The notes under the pieces: model-generated | The model's database searches: none | What the model saw: the letters and a program-made list of their open reading frames with translations, nothing else | Told to the model about the DNA's origin: nothing | From: an uncultured Thermodesulfobacteriota bacterium | GTDB taxonomy: Bacteria; Desulfobacterota; DSWW01 | DNA length: 28,361 bases | Assembly: GCA_964609935.1 (NCBI GenBank) | Contig: CAZSUQ010000001.1 | Span: forward strand, 1 to 28,361 | Reading direction: 5' to 3' | Translations under genes and position numbers: made by a program | In this document: one piece after another, positions 7,366 to 17,300 of the stretch | Layout: the number at the start of each line of letters is the position of its first letter | Position numbering within the stretch: the first letter of the stretch is position 1

Positions 7366-9450
7366 TCAGCCCGTCTTTCTCAGTCGTCTCCGGATGACGG
7401 GGATGGCTCCCAGGGACACGAAGAGCGGACCGAGAAGGTTCAGCGCGTTCGTAACGGGAACGTGGTTGGCGTCCATGGAAGAAGCCGGCGTGCCCCAGGG
7501 AGGGGTGTTGGGGTCGCAGTCGTCATCGATCCCGTTTCCGGGGATCTCCGGAACGCCGGGGCTCACGTCGGGATTCCCATCGTTGCAATCCATCTCCGGG
7601 TGCGGGCATGACAGGGACGCCGGGTCCCCGTATCCGTCCCCGTCGAGATCCGTGCAGTCCAGGTAGGGGGCAAGCGGGTCCGTGTACCAGGAGGCCTCCA
7701 TGGGGCAGATCTGCGCGGGCGCCCCGGGATCGATCTCGCTCCCCTGGTAGGAGAGGCATTCAGGGCAGGCCGTTTCCATGCCCTGCCGGCCGTAAACCAG
7801 CAGGCAGGCGCCGCATGCAAAGGCGTCGCTCGATGGATTTGCGCAGTGCTTGCAGTCCTCGCTCTGGTCCTCCACGAAGTACCCTGTGGGCGTACCCTGC
7901 GGCTCGAGAAGCTGCCAGCCGTCGCGGAGCCGCCGGTTTGCATACGTCATGCCCCACATCCCTTCCTCGTTGCACAGGTAATCGCCGTTCGCGTCACAGA
8001 CCTCGCCCACGAGGTTCAAGCCCCAGGAAAGGGCGAACTCCCGTGTTGCCGTGATCCCGGCCGTGAGGAGGTCTGCGCCCGCATTCCGCTCATGCAGCGC
8101 CTGAATCATGGGGTGCTCGAAGTCGATGCTGCCGATGAGATCGATGACGCGCTGTTCCAGGAAGGCCTCCACGTTGGGGCAGTACACGTCGGCCGCATAG
8201 GCGCACAGGGGGTCTGTTCCCGGGCTCCTCGCATAGGTTCTTGCCGGGTAGTCTGTTTCGTGCAGCATCCACACCGTGACCGCACCGGCCCCGTGGCTGC
8301 AGCCCGTGGCCGAGTATGTGGGGCCGTCGATCAGCGCCTGCACCGGGCTCGTTGTCATCAGGTAGTCCTTCACCGACAGGAACTGGGAGGTCTCGGTGGG
8401 GTACGTGGCCGTGTCCAGACCGCCACCCTCGCAGTAAGGGTCCACGGTGACCACCATGAACCCCCGGTCCGTCCAGGGGCTCACACCGGCGTCATAGTCA
8501 TCCGCACAGGCGCCCCCGCCGCTTATGCTGAACAGCAGCGGACAGGGGGTTGCCGGGGTGCAGGTCTCGTCATCGTATGCCACCTTGAAGCGCGTGGGCA
8601 CCGGGTGCGTGAAGTCGCGGGGGGAGGTGATGAGCACCTCTTCGAAGCAGGTCAGCCCGGCGGCGCAGTAGGTGGGGTGGAAGTCGAACATGTCGCCCTC
8701 GCCCGGAGCGTGGTTGGTGATCAACACCACGTCGATCAGGCCGTCGAACCCTTCGGCGATCTTCACCCCATACCCCTGGGGGGGCTCGAGCCCGGTGACG
8801 TCCACCTCGGCGGCCACCTCGCCGTCCAGGAACAGGCGGACAACAGGCACTACGCCGCTGGTGTCCACGGAGAGGGTCAGATGGTGGTATGCACCGTCAG
8901 CGGGCCAGGAAACACCCGTGGGGATGGAAACCGTTCCCCCGCCGCTGCCGGGCCCTTCGACGACGAACTCGCCGGCAACGAGCTTCACATAATGTGCGTC
9001 GTCGGCCACGAGGATATGGCCTGAGCTTGCATCACGCGCCTTGAGCCATGCGAACAGGGTCATGATCCCTGACCCGGAAATGCCGTAGTCCGGGCACTCG
9101 ATCTCGATGGAGCCGTCGCCGGCCGGAATATCCGCGGCACGCCCGTAACGCCCTTCGGTGATCGCGCTTCGCCGCGCCTCCCCGGTGAGCAGGGCCGTGC
9201 ATTGCCCGATCCCCAGGGAGGAGTTGTTGTTCTGCATGTTGTTCAGTTCTGCGAACCCGTTGTGAGCGCCCGCGCCGTCGATTTCGTCATCAAAGCTCAG
9301 CTCCACCCGGCGCCCCGCGTGTGCAGGATCAAAGGGTGTCAAAGCTGCGGCGAAGATGATCAGAACGCCCAGAAACATGGCGAACCCTCGATATCTTGCA
9401 ACATGCTTGCATGTGCTGTTGATTCCGGCTCTTGCAGTTTCCCTGATCAT
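7366..9450 (-). CDS. Secreted multidomain protein: LamG/ConA-like domain + alpha/beta-hydrolase-like domain + MopE-type metal-binding repeat + C-terminal membrane anchor
   Basis: Signal peptide ending AHA. LamG-like segment (TLFAWLK, YHHLTLSVD, RLFLDGE, FDGLIDVVLI). ISGGG and G-C-S-H-G elbow at 8290-8304. CNDGNPDVSPGVPEIPGNGIDDDCD at about 7513-7587. Hydrophobic tail followed by RRRLRK. AGGAGG RBS. Confidence 0.75.
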   Translation of the reverse strand: MIRETARAGINSTCKHVARYRGFAMFLGVLIIFAAALTPFDPAHAGRRVELSFDDEIDGAGAHNGFAELNNMQNNNSSLGIGQCTALLTGEARRSAITEGRYGRAADIPAGDGSIEIECPDYGISGSGIMTLFAWLKARDASSGHILVADDAHYVKLVAGEFVVEGPGSGGGTVSIPTGVSWPADGAYHHLTLSVDTSGVVPVVRLFLDGEVAAEVDVTGLEPPQGYGVKIAEGFDGLIDVVLITNHAPGEGDMFDFHPTYCAAGLTCFEEVLITSPRDFTHPVPTRFKVAYDDETCTPATPCPLLFSISGGGACADDYDAGVSPWTDRGFMVVTVDPYCEGGGLDTATYPTETSQFLSVKDYLMTTSPVQALIDGPTYSATGCSHGAGAVTVWMLHETDYPARTYARSPGTDPLCAYAADVYCPNVEAFLEQRVIDLIGSIDFEHPMIQALHERNAGADLLTAGITATREFALSWGLNLVGEVCDANGDYLCNEEGMWGMTYANRRLRDGWQLLEPQGTPTGYFVEDQSEDCKHCANPSSDAFACGACLLVYGRQGMETACPECLSYQGSEIDPGAPAQICPMEASWYTDPLAPYLDCTDLDGDGYGDPASLSCPHPEMDCNDGNPDVSPGVPEIPGNGIDDDCDPNTPPWGTPASSMDANHVPVTNALNLLGPLFVSLGAIPVIRRRLRKTG

Positions 9451-9701
9451 GGATCCGTCCTCCTTCCCTGTCTTGGTCGTTGATTGGACACCAGGAAGAT
9501 CGCCGACAGGCAGGCATGGACGCCGAAGCTGATCGCGCGCAACTTCGCCGGCCTCCTGCTCCGATCATATCCCTTCAATGGTTTCTTATAAAGTAAAACA
9601 CAGGAAAAAGGGGAAGGTTCTGATCTTCCTGCGGAAAGTGTAGAATAGGTCAACATGGCAGGGTCATCTTCAGCAATGAAACGCGTATCGGAGAATGCAT
9701 A

Positions 9702-10355
9702 ATGTTTCCATTCATGAGAACGATAAGATCGGTGACAGGGGCCAAGCTTCTTGGCCTGATGTTTGCCTGTGCCGCGCTCGCGGTGGCGGTTGTGCTGGTG
9801 GCGGTGGGGGCCCTCACCTGGCTCACGGCCCACCTGGTGGACATCCAGATCGGATGGCTGGACAGCCTGGTCAACTGGCTCACAGGCGGCATTCTGGGCG
9901 TTGCCGGCTGGTTCATGCTGCCCGCGATCATTGTGCTCGTATCCGGCATGTTTCAGGAAAAGACGATCCACCGGGTGGAGCTTGCCTACTACCCGGATGA
10001 GGTGCGTACCGAGGAGCCCGGGTTCTGGCCCGACCTGGCGCATGACATCCGGTTCACCTTGAGGGCGTTGATTCTCAATGTCCTGGTCCTGCCTCTGTAC
10101 CTCCTTGGTATCGGCTTTGTCATATCCGTTCTCCTCAACAGCTACCTTTTGGGTCGCGAGTTCTTCGAAGGTGCTGCCGGTTATCACATCGGGAAGCCGG
10201 AAGCCAAAACCATCGGTCAGCGGAACAGGGTCGCGGTCTACGGGGGCGGTCTCGTGATCACGCTGATGGCCCTGGTGCCCGTGATGAACCTCTTCGTCCC
10301 GATCTTTGCCGTCGTCTGGATGGTGCATGTTTATCACGGGTTGAAGAAGGGATGA
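9702..10355 (+). CDS. EI24/CysZ-like membrane protein
   Basis: Several hydrophobic helices, FQEKTIHRVELAYYP and NSYLLGREFFE, typical of EI24-domain proteins. Confidence 0.75.
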   Translation: MFPFMRTIRSVTGAKLLGLMFACAALAVAVVLVAVGALTWLTAHLVDIQIGWLDSLVNWLTGGILGVAGWFMLPAIIVLVSGMFQEKTIHRVELAYYPDEVRTEEPGFWPDLAHDIRFTLRALILNVLVLPLYLLGIGFVISVLLNSYLLGREFFEGAAGYHIGKPEAKTIGQRNRVAVYGGGLVITLMALVPVMNLFVPIFAVVWMVHVYHGLKKG

Positions 10356-10365
10356 CCGCCTGCAT

Positions 10366-10400
10366 GCCGTCTCTGCAGGAAGGTCGCAGAGGCGGCTGTT
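10366..10400 (+). terminator. Hairpin after the EI24 gene, possible terminator
   Basis: GCCGTCTCTGC-N9-GCAGAGGCGGC (11 bp, one G.U pair), followed only by TGTT, a weak U-tract. Confidence 0.35.
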
Positions 10401-10608
10401 AGAGATTTCACGAAACGTGTGCTCTCCCCGGGAAAATGAAAACTCGAATCGCCTGTTCACGGCCGAGCCGACTTTCCGTCTCCGCAGCTTCTGCTCATTA
10501 CGTAAGCTTCCCGGTTCATTCCTCACCCTGAATTCGGGTAGAAAAACCGGCTTCTTTACACTGCCGGACCTGCCCCACCTGTCTTCTGAAACCCTCCTGA
10601 AAATTCCC

Positions 10609-10638
10609 TTGACAAGTCCCGGCGGATTCGGGTACAAA
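10609..10638 (+). promoter_or_regulatory. Possible sigma70 promoter of the IclR operon
   Basis: TTGACA (10609-10614), 18-nt spacer, TACAAA (10633-10638). The -10 match is imperfect. Confidence 0.4.
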
Positions 10639-10645
10639 ACAGGCA

Positions 10646-10682
10646 GTTGCATATAATGATATTGAGTTGCAAATAGCGCAAC
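10646..10682. promoter_or_regulatory. Candidate tandem IclR operator
   Basis: GTTGC-AAATAGC-GCAAC (10666-10682) is preceded 20 bp upstream by a degenerate copy GTTGC-ATATAAT-GATAT (10646-10662), just before the IclR start. Confidence 0.55.
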
Positions 10683-10698
10683 ATAGATCAGGGAGAGC

Positions 10699-11484
10699 AT
10701 GGAACAAAAACCCAGCACACACGCTGCCGTGGAGAAGGCCTTGAGGATCCTGCTCGCCTTCACACCTCAAAACGAAGGCCTGGGGACCCAGGAGCTGAGT
10801 GAAAAGCAAGGGCTCCACAAGTCCACCACCAACCGCCTGCTCAAGGTCCTTGAGAAACACGGGTTCGTTGAACAGGACGCAGAGACGAAGAAATATCAGC
10901 TGGGGAGATCCGCGGTTCAGATTGGAAGGGCTGTTGTACAGTCCCTGGACACACGTCTGGTTTCCATTGCAAGGCCTTATGTCCACAACCTCCGCGACCA
11001 GCTGAACGAGGGCGTGGCCCTGGAGGTGTGGGCCGGGGACACCACGGTTTTGTCCTACGCAGTGGAAGGGCCCCGGCTCGTCCGGGTCTCGGCCGACCTG
11101 GGGCAGCGAATGCCCGTGCACGTTGCCGCCGGAGCCAGGGCGATCATGGCCTTTTTGCCACCGGAGATCGTGGACGAGCTGCTCAGGCAACAGTTCACAC
11201 GCTACACAAGAAAAACGGTGACCGATCCGCGTGTCATCAAGCGCAGGCTGAAGGATGTAAGGAAAGCCGGGGTGGCATTTGATTACGGCGAGTTGGACGC
11301 GGACATGCAGGGTATGGCGGCCCCGGTCTTTAATTACAGCCAACGGCCCGTGGCAGCCATTGTGACCGTGGGGCCGGCCTCACGCATGAAGGCAGTCATG
11401 GGATCCAAAAAAACGACTTTCCTGCTAAAGGAAACCGCAGCGAACATTTCGTCCAGGCTTTACTATGACAGGGAGGAAACATGA
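10699..11484 (+). CDS. IclR family transcriptional regulator
   Basis: AVEKALRILLAF, HTH LSEKQGLHKSTTNRLLKVLEKHGFVEQD...KYQLG, and effector domain AGARAIMAF...MAAPVF. Confidence 0.95.
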   Translation: MEQKPSTHAAVEKALRILLAFTPQNEGLGTQELSEKQGLHKSTTNRLLKVLEKHGFVEQDAETKKYQLGRSAVQIGRAVVQSLDTRLVSIARPYVHNLRDQLNEGVALEVWAGDTTVLSYAVEGPRLVRVSADLGQRMPVHVAAGARAIMAFLPPEIVDELLRQQFTRYTRKTVTDPRVIKRRLKDVRKAGVAFDYGELDADMQGMAAPVFNYSQRPVAAIVTVGPASRMKAVMGSKKTTFLLKETAANISSRLYYDREET

Positions 11485-12734
11485 AACCGGGAGCCTTCGG
11501 AAAGTATGCAGTGGATTACGAAACACGGGTGGACTACGACCGCCTGAGAAAAGAGCGGCTTCAAAAGGCCAAAGAGCAGATCAACAGGGATGGACTTGGA
11601 GCGCTGATCACCTGGGACGAGGCCAACATCCGCTACCTCACCTCCTACTATGTCACCACGCCCATGAGGGCAAGCGAGGTCCAGTTCGTCTTCTGCCCCA
11701 GGAACGGTGAGCCGCTCCTGTTCGGCGGCGGAACGCCCAGCGAGACAGAGCGGCGCATGCCGTGGATGAAGGACCGGGTGCACCCCGTGCTGGCCGCGCC
11801 CAAGCTCACGGCTGCGGATGCGGACGATGTCATGGTCGTGGTGATCGTGGATGCAATCGCCAGGCTCATGGCCGAGTACGGTGTTGAAAAGGAGCCCCTT
11901 GGCATCGACGGGTCCACGCTCCAGATGCTCTTTGCGGATGCCTTCAGGAAGAAAGGGATCGAGGTGGTGCACGGCAAGCCCACCATGGATGAGGCGCGGC
12001 TGATCAAGACACAGGACGAGATGGAACTGATGCGGATCACCTGCGCGAACTCGGAGAAGGCCTTTGCCGCCATTGCGGATGCCATCCGGCCCGGCGTGCG
12101 GGAGTGCGACCTGGTGGGCATCGGCATCAAGGCCCTGTACGAGGAAGGCGACGATCACACCGAGGATCTGGTGTGTTGTTCCGGGTTCAACACGAACCCG
12201 TACGGATGGTCCTTCACGGACAAGCCGATACGGCCGGGTGATCTCATCTACATCGACGTGGACGGCGCTTCCTACCAGGGGTACAAGTCCTGTGTCTACC
12301 GCACGTTCTGCTGCGGCAAGGCCACCCAGGAGCAGAAGGACCTCTACGAGGAGTGCCGCGCCATGCTCTACGCGGGCATGAGCGCAATCAAGGACGGGGC
12401 CACCGACTACGACATCGTGGACAAATGGCCGGACTCGCCGGGCTACTGGGGATACGAGAACTGGAACGAGGTTGCCGCCTATGCCATCGGACACGGCATC
12501 GGCCTGACGCTTCACGACCGGCCGGCGATCTCCATGCTGAAAAAGGCCTTCGGGTTCCCTCCCACCGAACTCAAAGCGGGGATGGTCCTGGCCCTGGAAA
12601 CCTATGCAGGGAGAAAGGGTGGGGCAGACGGCGTGCGCCTGGAGGAGAACGTCCTTGTGACCGGGGACGGCTACGAACGGCTCACCCGCTGGCCCGTTGA
12701 AGAGTTGATGGAGTGCTGGCTGCCCTACCGTTGA
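11481..12734 (+). CDS. M24 (Xaa-Pro peptidase/creatinase fold) family protein, non-canonical
   Basis: Creatinase-like N-domain (WDEANIRYLT), ARLIKTQDE, IYID, GHGIG, LET and RLEEN. ATGA overlap with iclR. Confidence 0.88.
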   Translation: MKPGAFGKYAVDYETRVDYDRLRKERLQKAKEQINRDGLGALITWDEANIRYLTSYYVTTPMRASEVQFVFCPRNGEPLLFGGGTPSETERRMPWMKDRVHPVLAAPKLTAADADDVMVVVIVDAIARLMAEYGVEKEPLGIDGSTLQMLFADAFRKKGIEVVHGKPTMDEARLIKTQDEMELMRITCANSEKAFAAIADAIRPGVRECDLVGIGIKALYEEGDDHTEDLVCCSGFNTNPYGWSFTDKPIRPGDLIYIDVDGASYQGYKSCVYRTFCCGKATQEQKDLYEECRAMLYAGMSAIKDGATDYDIVDKWPDSPGYWGYENWNEVAAYAIGHGIGLTLHDRPAISMLKKAFGFPPTELKAGMVLALETYAGRKGGADGVRLEENVLVTGDGYERLTRWPVEELMECWLPYR

Positions 12735-12852
12735 AGCATCGCGGAGGGGGACGCACCCCTAAGGATCCGTGTCGATGGGGATCCCCTGTGGTTGGGGTGC
12801 GAAACGCGCCACGAAGACAGGGTTCAGAGCCAAAGCAAAGAGGTGAAATCAC

Positions 12853-14118
12853 ATGGAAAAGTCCATCGTATCCATCGTCAAGGGGTTGGATCCCGAAGAA
12901 ATGGTGGAGCAGGCGCTCGATCATCTGGGCGGGGTGAAGTCCCTTATCAGGCCGGGGTCCACGGTGGTGGTCAAGCCGAATGCAGGCCATGAGGGCGCGC
13001 CGGCCAGCTCCGTGAATACGAGCCCCGAGGTCGTGGCTGCCGTGATCCGGTTACTGAAGAAAGCCGGGGCAGGCAGGATCATCCTTGCCGAGGCTTCTGC
13101 CATCGGCTGCGATACCATGGCTTGCCTGGAATCGAGCGGGATCCGGAAGGCAGCGGAAGACGCCGGGGCGGATGAGGTTCGCGACATCAAGAGCGAGAAG
13201 GACCTGGTGAAAAAGGAAATCCCGCATCCCACCTCGGACATCAAGCATGTGGAGCTTCCGCGATTCCTCCTGGAGGCGGACCATCTGGTGAACGTGCCCA
13301 TCTTCAAATCCCATGTGAGCATGGTTTTCACCTGTGCCCTCAAGAACCTGAAGGGCGTTGTGCAGGACATCCACCACTACATCATGCACTGCACCAATCT
13401 CGCTGCGGCCATGATGGACCTGGGGGATCTCGTCCGGCCGGATTTCACGGTGGTGGACATGATACGGCCCATGGAGGGGTTTGGCCCGCATTCCGGTACC
13501 CCGGCGGAATTTGGTTGCGTCGTGGCGGGCCGGGACATGGTGGCCATCGACGCCACTGCCTGTCGCATGGTGGGGCTCCCCCTGGACAAGGTGGACTACT
13601 TTGACGCCGCCAGGGAAAAGGGTCTCGGGAATTTCGATGAAGAGAAGATCGAGATCCGCGGGGAACGTGTCGAGCACGTGTACCGAAAGCTTTACCTGCC
13701 CTACCTGGACGGGTTTGACGCCTGGCCCGAATACCATTTCCACGTGGAGAAGGCCTGCAGCACCTGTCAGGGGCTTCTGGCGTTCACCATGTCCAAGCTG
13801 AAGTCTCTTGCCCAGTACGACAGGAACAAGGGGATCCACATCGTTCTCGGCCGCCACCGAAAGATCCCCGAGGGGATTGCATTCGGGAAGGACCTCGTAC
13901 TCATGGGCGACTGCAGCATGGCACTGAAGAAGAAGGTTGAAAAGGCAGGGGAGACCTGTCTCCACATCCCCGGATGCCCTCCCGGTGAGCCGATCCCGGC
14001 CTGGACGATCGTGGACCGGCAGGATTTTCAGGCAACCGATCCCGAGCAGGTCAGAAGCAGACAGGTTGAGGAAGAGCGGCTTTTCAAGGAATGGCTTTCA
14101 AGGCAGCATCCTGTGTGA
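12853..14118 (+). CDS. DUF362 family protein with a C-terminal Cys-rich putative Fe-S domain
   Basis: VVVKPN, NVPIFKSH, CALKNLKG, MEGFGP and DMVAIDA. C-terminal CSTC...MGDC...PGCPP. Confidence 0.85.
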   Translation: MEKSIVSIVKGLDPEEMVEQALDHLGGVKSLIRPGSTVVVKPNAGHEGAPASSVNTSPEVVAAVIRLLKKAGAGRIILAEASAIGCDTMACLESSGIRKAAEDAGADEVRDIKSEKDLVKKEIPHPTSDIKHVELPRFLLEADHLVNVPIFKSHVSMVFTCALKNLKGVVQDIHHYIMHCTNLAAAMMDLGDLVRPDFTVVDMIRPMEGFGPHSGTPAEFGCVVAGRDMVAIDATACRMVGLPLDKVDYFDAAREKGLGNFDEEKIEIRGERVEHVYRKLYLPYLDGFDAWPEYHFHVEKACSTCQGLLAFTMSKLKSLAQYDRNKGIHIVLGRHRKIPEGIAFGKDLVLMGDCSMALKKKVEKAGETCLHIPGCPPGEPIPAWTIVDRQDFQATDPEQVRSRQVEEERLFKEWLSRQHPV

Positions 14119-14377
14119 ACCCAACCATCAGCGGCCGGGGATGCTTCCTACAGGCGTGCTGTTCCTCCTTCTGTTGGACGAACCGCAGTGATGGATGTCT
14201 TCCCCCTTCTTCCTTTCCTTTCAAAGATTGCATAAACTCAAGTGAGCCCAGACCCTATAGAGCCGGTCGCCCCATATGATCTCTGGGTTCCCCGGAGGAA
14301 CTGTGGGGATAGGATTCTTCCCGGCTGGGGAATTCTTTGCAGCAAGACCCTGAAAAGGGTGACAGGAGATCGCCAGC

Positions 14378-17300
14378 GTGACCAGGCAAAAACCGGGCGC
14401 CTCCACCTCCTTTCCGAGGAACCTCGGAAGTCTCCTTGAGGCCCCTTTCCTTGTGACCGTTCCCGCAGCGATGCTTCTTGCAATATGCTGGCTGGTTCTC
14501 CTCTTCCTCCCCGCTTCCCTCTCCGCCTGGGTGGACGAACCCGATGATCCTCTCTTCCGACATGATCCCTTTGAAGGCGTTGAGGAACAGTGGAATCTCA
14601 TGTCCGACGGCAGGGGCATCGCGGTCACTGAGGCCTGGAAGCTCACGCACGGGGACCCGGCCGTGGTGGTGGCAAACATCGACTGCGGGATCAACTATCG
14701 TCACGAGGACCTGCGGAACCAGATGTTCCTGAATGCCGGGGAGCTTCCCCTTCCCAGGGATGCCCACGGCGTGCCTGCCGGCAGGTACGATTTCAACGAG
14801 GACGGCATCTTCAATGTGCTCGACTATGAAGAGGACCCGGGGGTGGAGGACCTTCATGATGACGGGGCGGACGTGGGGGACCTGCTCCACGCCTTCAGCA
14901 ACGGGGTGGACGACGACCTCAACGGGTATGTGGACGACCTGAGCGGATGGGACTTCTTTGACAACGACAACGACATCTACGATGCGGGCCGTTACGGTCA
15001 CGGGACCCAGACGGCATCCGTGCATTCCGCTGAAACGGACAACGGGAAGGGGATGGCCGGCATTGCGCCGCTCTGCCGCGTGATGGGGCTGCGCATCGGT
15101 GATGCCACGCACATCTCCCATTCCCGGATCCTCGGAGAGGCCGTGATCTACGCGGCGGACAACCGGGCAAAGGTCCTGAGCATGAGCCTGGGCAGCATGA
15201 CCAACTCGCCTTTCCTGAGGGAAGCGTTTCGCTACGCAACGAGCAAGGGCGTTGTGAGTGTGGCTGCCATGGGAAACGAGCACAGCTTCCATCACAACGT
15301 TCCCGCAACCTACGAAGATGTCATCGGTGTGGGGTCTGTTCACCCCGACACGAGCGGGCTTCCCTACCCGTTGTTCTTTCCCACTTCCTGGGTCACCCGG
15401 GGAAGCTACTCTGATTACGGAGGACACATCGAACTGGCAGCCCCTTCCTGGGTGATTGCGGCAAGGTTTCCCCATGGTTACCAGGATCACTCCGGAGGGA
15501 CATCCAATGCCGCACCCCACGTGAGCGGGGTTGCGGCCCTGGTCTTCTCCGAGGCGCTCGCCAGGGGCTTGGAGCCGCCCATGAGCCCGCACGAGGTTCG
15601 GCAGGTCCTGCGGGGCACGGCCGAGGACATTACCGGAACCGCATACCAGTGCAAGGAAGGGTTCGATCAGTGGACCGGTTACGGTCGCCTGAGGGCCGAC
15701 AGGGCTGTTTCCGCGGTGGCTGAGATGAGGATACCCCCCACGGCCCGAATCCGTTCGCCCGGGTGGTACCGCACGATGGACCCTTTCCGCACACCCGTGG
15801 TTTCCATCCAGGGCAATACAGGCGCCGAGCGTGCAACGGGATACGCCTTTCACATTGACTGGGCACCAGGGGTCGAGCCTGACGAAGATGCATTTCAACT
15901 CGTCTGTTCGCACTCCAGCGTCACGCACGCCCTGGGCGGAAAGCTCTGCGAATGGGACATCCGGGATGCCCTGGAGGCCGTGGCCCATCCCACGGTCTTG
16001 CCCAATGACCCGGCAGTCACCCTGCGGCTCCGGGTGAGGGACTCCTTCGGGGTGGAGGCAGAGGACAGGCGGACCCTGTTCATCCATCACGACGTCTCGT
16101 GGCACCATGGCTTTCCAAAGCACCTGGGTGCCTCCATGGAGGCGTCGTTGAGGGTCTTTGACCTGGACGGGGACAACAGGAAGGAGATCATCCTGGCCAC
16201 ATCCGAAGGGGTGGTTTCTGTCCTCAGGGAGGACGGAACCCGGTTCGGCCGGGTTCACGGTATGGATACGTGCTGGCCTGCGCGGCTGGACCCTGTGGAG
16301 GTGCTCGGCCCGGAGGAGGGACATCACGGCACAGCGCCCGCCTTTCTGCAAGGTGTTGTGGAGGTGCCGAGCAGCCCGGTTGTGGCAACACCTGCGGTGG
16401 GGGACCTGGAAGGGGACGGCCTGTACGAGATCGTGGTTGCCGGGACGGACGGCAAGGTCTATGTCTTTGGGCCGGACGGTTCCCGGAGGCCGGGCTTCCC
16501 TGTCTCTGTGAACCTGGAGTTTGCCCTGGAGGATCCGTGGCTGGAGGCCGGGATCCTCTCCTCTCCTGCCCTGGCGGACCTGGATGGAAACGGGACCATG
16601 GAGATCGTGGTGTCGGCCATGGACCAGCGGGTCTATGCATGGCACGGGGATGGAACGCCCACGAATGGGTGGCCCGCCCTGGCAAGGAATCCGGACTCCC
16701 CCATCGTAGACAAGATCGTTTCCTCTGTAGCCGTGGGGGACATCGACGGCAGGATCGAGGCGGACGGCCGCATGCACCCCGAGGTCGTGGTGGGCACGAA
16801 CGAGCTGGCCGGCGAACTCCCGCTGATGACAGGGAGGATCTATGCCCTTGGTTACGAAGGCCGCATAAAAGAGGGCTGGCCGGTGGAGCTTTTCACGCCC
16901 ATGGGAGAGATGCTGCCCACCGTGGGGAAGGGTGTTCCCATGAGCCCGATCCTGGTGGACCTGGACAAGGACGGCACGCTGGAGATCATTGCCCATCCTG
17001 TCATGGGAGCCCCGGTGGTCCTTTCGGGCAGCGGCAGGATCAGGTTCACACTCCCCTCGGGCTTCTTCGGGAGCGGGAGCGACTCAAGGGACGCCATCCT
17101 CCTTGCCCTGCCGGCCAACAGTTCGCTCGGGGACATGAACAACGACGGTACGCCGGAGCTGGTCATGGGCGGGATAGGGGCCCGGATTGCGCTCGCAAAG
17201 CTTTTCGAGGGCCAGAGGTTTGACTTCGACCACCTCCTGGGGTGCTGGGACCTGAAGAGCCGGAGGTACCTGGAAGCCTTTCCCAGGGTCACCGACGGCT

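Noticed and set aside
12752-12801. Nested inverted repeat CGCACCCC...GGATCC...GGATCC...GGGGTGCG between the M24 and DUF362 genes
   Set aside because: It is a single copy with no U-tract and no second instance in the window. It may be an mRNA stability hairpin, but there is not enough support for a repeat or mobile element.
14255-16996. 913-aa minus-strand ORF, and similar long antisense ORFs (7846..9024, 4989..5915, 10516..11343, 11463..12515, 22102..23271)
   Set aside because: They lie fully opposite well-supported genes, have no recognisable motifs, and are the expected shadow ORFs of GC-rich coding sequence.
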